Shown one piece after another: positions 17,225-23,848 of a stretch of DNA of 32,000 bases (position 1 is its first letter; the number at the start of each line of letters is the position of its first letter). This DNA is from Fidelibacterota bacterium (GTDB taxonomy: Bacteria; Fidelibacterota; Marinisomatia; Marinisomatales; SCKK01): positions 8,075 to 40,074 of the forward strand of contig SCKK01000008.1 of assembly GCA_004124475.1 (NCBI GenBank), read 5' to 3'. The position numbers were made by a program, and so were the translations under genes. The notes beneath the pieces are model-generated. The model did not search any database, had not been told where the DNA came from, and worked only from the letters and a program-made list of their open reading frames with translations.

Positions 17225-18588
17225 TTAATAAATACGGAAAAATTGTTCTTCTGGGATTGGCATTCGGGATGATGTTCCCACTTTTGGGGGTAACACGTGT
17301 GGCTAATATGTATCCAGGTTCAATGATAAAAATTCCAACCAGCAGCGCAGTCAGATCTCCATACCTTTTCAGCACCGGTTTTGCCACGGAAATTCATAGG
17401 TTTTCAGATCCTTTTAACACAGCTAGAGGCTTTTATTTTTCCATGGATTTGACCAACCGGTTTACTATGGGTTTTTCATCTGTACAGAGCGCTGATACCA
17501 CCGCTTTAGAAAATATTCTGACATCAACTCTCAGACCACCCATAGAGTTTGGTTTTCATATACAATATCGGGCATATGTTTATAATGACATTGCTTTCTC
17601 TGTGGGTATTCATGATATTGTTTTTAAAGATGACCCTACAAACGGTTTAAACTTAAATCCCAGGGATTTTTCTACTTTTCTGTCTATTGGCAGTGAGAAA
17701 ATTTTAGGGGAATATGGCCTTAGCACTTATATGGGTTTTGGCACAGGTGGTTTCAGTGCTCCGGATACTTCCTCTGTAGTAGTTGATACGGTTACAACAG
17801 GATCGAATTCAGGGATATTTGCTGGGTTTCTTCTTAAAACGCCATTCCTGCCCAAATGGGGCGGACTTGACTTTGTGGGTGAATTCGATGGTTCAGGCAT
17901 CAATGTGGGACTCCGCATCCCCCTTACCTCGGATTATCGCTTGACAGTAGGATTCACCCACTTAGAAAATTTACCTGCCTTTTCGGATGAACCTTATGGA
18001 CCTACTCACCCGGGGTTGATCATTGGTTTGGATATGTCGGTTCCGAGAGGGCCCAAAAGGGTTCCGGGTATACCCACTCCTGGTATTGTAAGGGGACCAT
18101 TACCCGCTCCTGAAATGGCGATGATGGATTCAGCCATGTTAGCAGCGGATTTCGCTGTGGCTGCACTCCGAGATTCAATCAGGATTAACCAGCTTGAGAT
18201 GAGAAATTTGATGACACAGGTAGCCAGTGTGCAGCATAAAGCATTTGTACTTGAAAATTCCGTGAAAGCCCTGAGTCTCGAAAAAGCCGTCGCACAGAGA
18301 AATATGAATCGTGCTATGCGCCATCTGTCAAGATCGCTCCGTTATTTTTATTCCGGAGACTATCGTGAGGCTCTGCAGGAGGTGGAGACTTCACTCGATC
18401 TGAATCCCAACCTGGCGCTTGCCTATGCCCGGAGAGGATCCATCTATTACAAGCTTGGAGATGTACAGCGGGCAACCATTAATTGGAATCTGGCATTGCA
18501 GATGGATCCGGAGTATGATGATGTGAGAAATATTTTAAAGGCGTTACATGAAAATCGCTTAAAAACAACCAGTTTTCGCAGGGAGTAA
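17221..18588 (+). CDS. secreted beta-rich domain / Pro-rich linker / coiled coil / TPR protein
   Basis: ATGA overlap with the upstream gene and a signal peptide. The N-terminal ~270 aa have alternating beta-strand-like segments (possible barrel). They are followed by PRGPKRVPGIPTPGIVRGPLPAPE, a coiled coil and C-terminal TPRs (FYSGDYREALQEVETSLDLNPNLALAYARRGSIYYKLGDVQRA...). Confidence 0.6.
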   Translation: MINKYGKIVLLGLAFGMMFPLLGVTRVANMYPGSMIKIPTSSAVRSPYLFSTGFATEIHRFSDPFNTARGFYFSMDLTNRFTMGFSSVQSADTTALENILTSTLRPPIEFGFHIQYRAYVYNDIAFSVGIHDIVFKDDPTNGLNLNPRDFSTFLSIGSEKILGEYGLSTYMGFGTGGFSAPDTSSVVVDTVTTGSNSGIFAGFLLKTPFLPKWGGLDFVGEFDGSGINVGLRIPLTSDYRLTVGFTHLENLPAFSDEPYGPTHPGLIIGLDMSVPRGPKRVPGIPTPGIVRGPLPAPEMAMMDSAMLAADFAVAALRDSIRINQLEMRNLMTQVASVQHKAFVLENSVKALSLEKAVAQRNMNRAMRHLSRSLRYFYSGDYREALQEVETSLDLNPNLALAYARRGSIYYKLGDVQRATINWNLALQMDPEYDDVRNILKALHENRLKTTSFRRE

Positions 18589-18597
18589 AGGAGAGAT

Positions 18598-19371
18598 ATG
18601 GATATTGCAACAATAATAGGAATTATCGTTGGTATTGGAGCCATTAGTGGTGGGATTATACTACTTACTCCGGATTTTGCCATGTTTGGCTCGATATCGA
18701 GTTTTGCTATTGTATTTGGAGGAATGATAGCCTCTGTCTCGGTTGCTTTCCCTTTAGCGGAAGTTCTAAAATTGGGTTCGGCAATGGGAGCTGTTTTTAA
18801 AGGCGGGGATCTGAAATTAGGTACTGTTGTAGATGATGTTGTAGAAGTTTCGGGTGTAGCTCGTAAAGGGGCTGTTGAGTTGGAGAAGTCAGTGAGTGAA
18901 ATTAAAAACCCATTTTTTAGGGATGGTGTACAAATGGTGGTTGATGGATACGGTGCAGATGAGATTATCGATATTCTCGAAACACGAATCTCATATCGTG
19001 AGGTAAGAGAACGATCTCAAGCGGGACTTTTCCAAACCATGGGTGTGATGGCACCAGCTTGGGGGATGATCGGGACACTCATTGGTTTGGTCGTCATGCT
19101 GTCAGGTTTTGGCGGTGGCGGCGGAGCGGATGCCCTCGGTTCCGGTATGTCTGCAGCCCTCATCACCACATTTTACGGAGCGGTCATGGCTAACCTGTTC
19201 TTTCTTCCTATGGCAGCCAAACTAAATTCAAGGCTTACACACACCAGTACATTACAGGCGATGATAGTGGAGGGAGCCCGCTTGATTCACCAGACGAAAC
19301 ATCCCCTGATTGTTCGTGAGAAATTAAACTCTTTTATTCCACCCAAGGAGTGGAAGAGAGAAGGGGAATAA
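18598..19371 (+). CDS. motA: flagellar-type stator protein MotA/PomA
   Basis: 257 aa with a 4-TM layout and a large cytoplasmic loop between TM2 and TM3. The conserved TM3/TM4 prolines are in MAPAWGMIGTLIGLV and ALITTFYGAVMANLFFLPMAAKL. AAGGAGA RBS. Confidence 0.85.
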   Translation: MDIATIIGIIVGIGAISGGIILLTPDFAMFGSISSFAIVFGGMIASVSVAFPLAEVLKLGSAMGAVFKGGDLKLGTVVDDVVEVSGVARKGAVELEKSVSEIKNPFFRDGVQMVVDGYGADEIIDILETRISYREVRERSQAGLFQTMGVMAPAWGMIGTLIGLVVMLSGFGGGGGADALGSGMSAALITTFYGAVMANLFFLPMAAKLNSRLTHTSTLQAMIVEGARLIHQTKHPLIVREKLNSFIPPKEWKREGE

Positions 19372-19374
19372 TCT

Positions 19375-20148
19375 TTGGCTAAAAAGCCGACACCTCCTCC
19401 CCCGGAAGTAGGTCTTCCAGGATGGTTCGCTACCTTTGCGGATATGATGACACTTCTTTTTGCGTTCTTTGTCCTGTTAGCTGCAATTTCTACTGTAGAT
19501 CCGGTGAAGTTACAACAGATGGCAGATTCCATGGGAAAATCGGTGGGAAAAAAATTGGAGATTGATAGCCAAGCTATGTCGCTCGGGGATATATACGAAG
19601 CATTGGAGGAAATGGTAGAGGAGATGGAACCAAGCCCCGAAACAGGAGAAAAACCCGTGGAAGTGAAGACGAGCACAAAAGGGGTAACTCTTGAGGTGTC
19701 ATCAGACATTAGTTTTGGTTCGGGGTCAGCGGAGCTGAAAGCGGCCATTCTTCCCACTCTAAAAAAATTAGTACCTTTTATTAACCGGTCTTATAATATG
19801 GTGGCAATCGAAGGACATACGGACAATGAACCGCTACCCGAAATATTTCATGATAAATTTCCCAGTAATTGGGAGTTATCCGGGGCAAGGGCTGCTGCTG
19901 TAGTCCGGGAATTTATAAGTTTGGGAGTAGATCCCACGAGGTTACAGTCGGTGGGTTATGCTGAATTTATTCCACGGGATGCGCCTACTGATCGCCTTAT
20001 CGACGAATCAATTATTCAAGAATTTAATTCCACACCTGGGAAAAAGGCGAAAAATAGGCGTGTGGGAATTACATTCCTTGCTACCAGTATAGACATACAA
20101 AAGAAAGAAGACTGGGATAAATCAAAAGAAGAATCCGGGAAAGAATAA
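19375..20148 (+). CDS. motB: stator protein MotB/PomB (OmpA-like peptidoglycan-binding C-terminus)
   Basis: The N-terminal motif PGWFATFADMMTLLFAFFVLL carries the channel Asp. The C-terminal OmpA-like block is VAIEGHTDNEPLP...FPSNWELSGARAAAVVREF...NRRVGITF. TTG start 3 nt after motA. Confidence 0.85.
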   Translation: MAKKPTPPPPEVGLPGWFATFADMMTLLFAFFVLLAAISTVDPVKLQQMADSMGKSVGKKLEIDSQAMSLGDIYEALEEMVEEMEPSPETGEKPVEVKTSTKGVTLEVSSDISFGSGSAELKAAILPTLKKLVPFINRSYNMVAIEGHTDNEPLPEIFHDKFPSNWELSGARAAAVVREFISLGVDPTRLQSVGYAEFIPRDAPTDRLIDESIIQEFNSTPGKKAKNRRVGITFLATSIDIQKKEDWDKSKEESGKE

Positions 20149-20170
20149 TTTTTTACAAGAAGGAGACATT

Positions 20171-21730
20171 ATGAGAAAACATCTTATACTAACTATCGCT
20201 CTGGCTGTAGGATCTTTATTCACGCTTACTCAGTCACAGGAAACATCCTATTTAGCTCAGAAGCTGATGTTGGAAAATGATTTGCGCAGCCGTATCAATG
20301 GAGCATTGGAAAAAATCTTGGATGATCATCGATATGTTTTAGATGTATCCGTAGAATTATCTCTTACCCCCACGGTTAAGGAAGAAGTCACATTCAGACC
20401 AATCACAAAAAAAGGTGCTGAACGGGGTAGGAAAAAACTATACGGGGAAGAAACAGGGCCTTTATTGGAAGCAGGCAGGGATCGCAAATCTCGCCTGACT
20501 GGAATTCCCATTCCGGGGTTTGATTTTCAGATTGAAGAAGAACCTGAAGTACCTACGGAAAGACTTTCAGAAATAAAAGAAGAGGAAGGGATGGAACAAG
20601 CTTTCCCCTCGCAAGCTCAAATAATGACCCAATCTTATACTGATATCACAGCTTCAAGACCCATCATTGAAAAATTGGAGATCAGTTGTATCCTGCCTGA
20701 GGGTTCTGCCCCTGAACTTATTGAGAACGTCCGTCAAATTATTATGGTGGCTTCACACTTTAATCGGAGCAGAGGTGATATGTTAAGCATCATGACCGCT
20801 TCATTCAGGGAGAGAAGAGACCAGCGAACGGCTGAGTCCATCATCTTAAGAAGTATTGCCGAAAAAATTGATAAGCTTGAGAGAGAAAAAGAAACCGGTG
20901 TGAGTGAAGAAAAGGCAGAAGTAGACTGGCAGGAGGAATTTCTTCAGTGGAAGGAAGAAGAAACCCGCCGTCGGGAGGATGATCGTGCAATGTTTCTTGC
21001 AGAATTGAAGAAATTGGAAGATGAGCGAGTACTCCGCAATTTGGAACGTGAAAAGAAAACCATTCTAAAAAGGGATTCTCTCAAGACTGAAGAGATTAAG
21101 GTATTAAAAGAATTACTTGCATCAGCTCAGCTATCAAAGACGGAAACCGAGGCAGTCCAAGAAGAAGTGGCAGTAAAGGAAAAGGAGATCGCCGATCTGG
21201 ATACTCTCAGGAAAAAGATGGAAGAGTTTGAAGCAGCGATGCTTCAGGACACTGAAAGTTGGGTAAGAGAATCTCGAGGAGGAATAGGTAATCTACCCAT
21301 TTATCTCATGAGCGCAATTTCGTTATTAGCTGTGATGGCGTTGGCAGCGGTGATTATTTTCAACGGGCGGAAGCCGAAGTATGTTATGCCCCCACCGTGG
21401 GCTATGCCTCGTCCTCCCAGGAAAAAAAAAGTATCTAAGAAGCCTATAGAGGAGCAGGATGAGGCAAAACCCGGACCGTTTGCGCCTGCACCAGTAGCAA
21501 CAGCCCCCCTTGGTCAGGAACCATCAGCTGTTGCTGGAGATCCTGCGGTATTGCAGTCTGAAATCAAGTCTGTCCGCCAGTCTATCGTATCTATGAGTGT
21601 TGGGCAACCACAGACTGCCACATCAATTGTGAAAGAGTGGCTTCAGGAAGAAGCTCCTCCTCCGCCTGAAGAACCGGCTGCAGCCCCAGAGGCGCCGGAA
21701 GAAGAGGAAGGCAAAAAGAAGAAAAAGTAG
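20171..21730 (+). CDS. divergent FliF/YscJ-like membrane ring protein with coiled-coil insertion
   Basis: N-terminal hydrophobic segment. There is a ring-building-motif-like block LENDLRSRINGALEKILDDHRYVLDVSVELSL and a second block KLEISCILPEG...LIENVRQIIMVASHFNRSRGDMLSIMTASF, which follows the FliF pattern ...RLSVAV...AVGfd..RGD.l.V....F. These are followed by ~160 aa of E/K/R coiled coil and a second TM (LPIYLMSAISLLAVMALAAVIIF). The C-terminal helix TATSIVKEWLQEE resembles the FliG-binding tail of FliF. Confidence 0.5.
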   Translation: MRKHLILTIALAVGSLFTLTQSQETSYLAQKLMLENDLRSRINGALEKILDDHRYVLDVSVELSLTPTVKEEVTFRPITKKGAERGRKKLYGEETGPLLEAGRDRKSRLTGIPIPGFDFQIEEEPEVPTERLSEIKEEEGMEQAFPSQAQIMTQSYTDITASRPIIEKLEISCILPEGSAPELIENVRQIIMVASHFNRSRGDMLSIMTASFRERRDQRTAESIILRSIAEKIDKLEREKETGVSEEKAEVDWQEEFLQWKEEETRRREDDRAMFLAELKKLEDERVLRNLEREKKTILKRDSLKTEEIKVLKELLASAQLSKTETEAVQEEVAVKEKEIADLDTLRKKMEEFEAAMLQDTESWVRESRGGIGNLPIYLMSAISLLAVMALAAVIIFNGRKPKYVMPPPWAMPRPPRKKKVSKKPIEEQDEAKPGPFAPAPVATAPLGQEPSAVAGDPAVLQSEIKSVRQSIVSMSVGQPQTATSIVKEWLQEEAPPPPEEPAAAPEAPEEEEGKKKKK

Positions 21731-21739
21731 AGGCGTAGA

Positions 21740-22669
21740 ATGATTACAGATTATAATAGATTGTCAGGGTTGGATAAAGTAGCAATTCTTTTTTCTGTGT
21801 TAGGAGAAAGTTTAGCCATAACCCTGATTAAAGGTTTGCCAGAAACAGATGTTCGGAAGATTAGAGCACGAATTCGCGAAATGGGTACTGTTGTTTTTTC
21901 TGTTAAAAAGAAAGTAGTAGAAGAGTTCTATCTGGCATTAATTTCCAAGAAATTCCAGGATGACGGCAAAGGAGACACAAAACGTCCATTTGCTTTTCTG
22001 GATGAAATGGCAGATGAACAAATTATTGCTCTTTTAGAAATAGAGGAGCCCAGGATTGTTGCCATGACTTTAGCGCAGGTTTCTCCGGAGAGTCAAATGA
22101 AGGTAATAAACAAATTGGAACCTGATAAAAAAGGACGAGTCCTTATGGAAATGGGACGTCTTGACGATGTTTCATTGGAAGCTGTGGTGAATATCGCCTC
22201 AGAACTCGAAGAGAAGTCTCATTTTCTCCCCAGAGCTGTGGATTTTTCCAGGGGTGGTGGAAAGAGTATAGCCAAGATCTTAGGACAGATGAGTTCAGAT
22301 GAGGAAGAGAAGTATCTGGAAGCTATCAGTCGTGAATCACCCGAGCTGGCGGAAGAGGTGAAAAAATATCATTTAACCTTCGATAATATTTTGACATTCC
22401 CTGGGAATATTGTAAGGGATCTGATGAATTCTGTGGATTTGGATACAATTGCCATGGCTTTAAAGGGACAGTCGGAAGAAACGGTGAACGCGATACTCGA
22501 GAATCTCCCAAAAAAGAAACAGGCAATGTTTGAACCTATCGAGAGGGCAATTGCCAAGCGGGATGTGGATAAAGCCAAGAAGACCATTGTTGATGCAGCC
22601 CGCCAAATGGAAAAGGAGGGTCGTTTCAATCTTGAGGATATTTTAGGTGGCGGTGAAATGGTGGAATGA
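21740..22669 (+). CDS. fliG: FliG-like rotor protein (N, M and C domains recognisable)
   Basis: The N domain is LSGLDKVAILFSVLGESLAITLIKGLPETDVRKIRARI. The M domain is EQIIALLEIEEPRIVAMTLAQVSPESQMKVINKLEPDKKGRVLMEMGRL. The C domain is FDNILTFPGNIVRDLMNSVDLDTIAMALKGQSEETVNAILENLPKKKQAMFEPIE...RDVDKAKKTIVDAARQMEKEGR. Confidence 0.75.
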   Translation: MITDYNRLSGLDKVAILFSVLGESLAITLIKGLPETDVRKIRARIREMGTVVFSVKKKVVEEFYLALISKKFQDDGKGDTKRPFAFLDEMADEQIIALLEIEEPRIVAMTLAQVSPESQMKVINKLEPDKKGRVLMEMGRLDDVSLEAVVNIASELEEKSHFLPRAVDFSRGGGKSIAKILGQMSSDEEEKYLEAISRESPELAEEVKKYHLTFDNILTFPGNIVRDLMNSVDLDTIAMALKGQSEETVNAILENLPKKKQAMFEPIERAIAKRDVDKAKKTIVDAARQMEKEGRFNLEDILGGGEMVE

Positions 22670-22700
22670 TTTCCCAACCTTTGAATGAGTTTAATCGAAG

Positions 22701-22736
22701 AAGCCTTCCCTGAGCAATATTGGGAAGGCTTTTTCT
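22701..22736 (+). terminator. rho-independent terminator of the operon
   Basis: aagccttccc (22701-10) pairs with gggaaggctt (22722-31) across an 11-nt loop and is followed by a T-run. It lies 32 nt after the fliG-like stop. Confidence 0.65.
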
Positions 22737-22782
22737 CCTGTAAATAGCATTGAGCATGGAACCAAGCACCCCGACACTTCGT

Positions 22783-22847
22783 GTACCTGCCCGTCCGGCA
22801 GGCCGGGCGGGATTTCCCTGCCTGGTCGGCAGACAGGGAGCAGGGAA
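22783..22847. repeat. GC-rich multi-hairpin module, partner of 4167-4244
   Basis: gtacctgcccgtccggcagg (stem cctgcc/ggcagg) is followed by ccgggcggg-attt-ccctgcctgg, a 9-bp stem with two G-T pairs, and then gggagcaggg. It shares its termini with the inverted copy near 4200. Confidence 0.6.
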
Positions 22848-22944
22848 AATGCAGCAAGTATTAAGTAACAATTTTCAAGTTTCCCTGAACGGTCGTTCCG
22901 AAGGAGTGTCTACGACAAAAGCTTCCTATTGGGCTGCCAAGTTT

Positions 22945-22963
22945 CATCCTGAAGTTTCGGGAC
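22945..22963. repeat. copy of the 19-mer catcctgaagtttcgggac
   Basis: 18 of 19 positions identical to 4091-4109 (last base c vs t) and 2 mismatches to 13645-13663. Confidence 0.75.
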
Positions 22964-23008
22964 TACAGGGCAGGTTGCTTCGTATATTTTAACCTGAATG
23001 GAGAAAAA

Positions 23009-23800
23009 ATGAAAAATACATTTGTTAGCTCACAGAGTTATGTCCATCCGAAGGATCCTGCGGACAGGACCTTTCGGATGGACAGGATCTTTATGATCTA
23101 TTTGGGTCTAATGTCAGCAAGTACGTTATTTGCTGGAAAGTGGGAATATTCCATTAATGGAGCATTAAAAACCCAAACCGGTAATACTGATGTGTCATCT
23201 TTTTCTGTTGCTCTGTCGAGTCAACATGAGGGTGATTTTACTATAGGTTCATGGACTCTAAAAGATGCGGAAATTAAGTTTTCCATTAGTCACAGTAGGG
23301 GGAAATTAAAAGATGTGTTGTATGAGAATGATGGAAACGCCAGTTTCCTATTGAATTACCATGCCAATCAAAAGTTTTCCCCATTTTTCCATTTCTATTT
23401 TGAGTTTGATTCAACAGCATCTCTTGAAAACAGGACACAGATGGGCTTTGGGGCTAAATATAGTATTACAAAACCGTTTTCAATCAGTATCCTAGGTCTG
23501 TGGGAATTGGAAGATTATGTGGGTGAAGATCAAGCAAGTCAATTACGGTGGTCAATCCGACCAAAATATAAAAAGAGTTTTAATTCGGGTGTATCAGTAA
23601 GCTACGTTGCTTTCTATAAACCGTTGCAACGTGATTTTAATAATTATCTTTTGGAACACTATGCGACAGTATCTTTAGCCACAAAAATATCCTGGTTAAG
23701 TGTTAATGTAACTTTGGAGGATAAATTCAACTCTCGACCACCTGCCGATACAAAGAAAAAAGACGTGGATGTAACCGTTGGCATAACCTTAACATTTTAA
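23009..23800 (+). CDS. DUF481-family outer-membrane beta-barrel protein
   Basis: The pattern after the signal peptide, KWEYSINGALKTQTGNTDVSS...(alternating strands)...GFGAKYSI...VTVGITLTF, matches DUF481/YdiY-type small OMPs. The ATG at 23009 has a GGAGA RBS, but codons 11-26 are a nested palindromic repeat. The start may instead be the ATG at 23078 (MDRIFMIYLGLMSASTLFA). Confidence 0.6.
   Translation: MKNTFVSSQSYVHPKDPADRTFRMDRIFMIYLGLMSASTLFAGKWEYSINGALKTQTGNTDVSSFSVALSSQHEGDFTIGSWTLKDAEIKFSISHSRGKLKDVLYENDGNASFLLNYHANQKFSPFFHFYFEFDSTASLENRTQMGFGAKYSITKPFSISILGLWELEDYVGEDQASQLRWSIRPKYKKSFNSGVSVSYVAFYKPLQRDFNNYLLEHYATVSLATKISWLSVNVTLEDKFNSRPPADTKKKDVDVTVGITLTF
23041..23084. repeat. 44-nt nested palindrome (compound hairpin element)
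   Basis: The outer arms are tgtccatccgaagg and cctttcggatggaca, and the inner hairpin is atcctg-cgga-caggac. It shares the 14-mer atccgaaggatcct with 14547-14560 and its architecture with 14719-14758. Confidence 0.7.
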
Positions 23801-23848
23801 TTATTTGTTAACCTGGTAAAGGGTCACACATATTTTAAGGAGAGAAGG

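Noticed and set aside
18598-20148. The MotA/MotB pair interpreted as the ZorA/ZorB anti-phage system or as TolQR/ExbBD.
   Set aside because: The MotA homolog is 257 aa with the flagellar-type 4-TM layout and a large cytoplasmic loop, and it has no long ZorA-like tail. No ZorC/D-like genes follow. MotB carries an OmpA-like peptidoglycan-binding domain, unlike TolR/ExbD. The neighbours are FliF-like and FliG-like.
22369-22992. ORFs of 162, 81 and 80 aa around the fliG-like 3' end and the following intergenic region.
   Set aside because: They are antisense to a well-supported gene or lie in the GC-rich hairpin repeat and the terminator. They are Arg/Pro/Gly-rich translations typical of repeat DNA.
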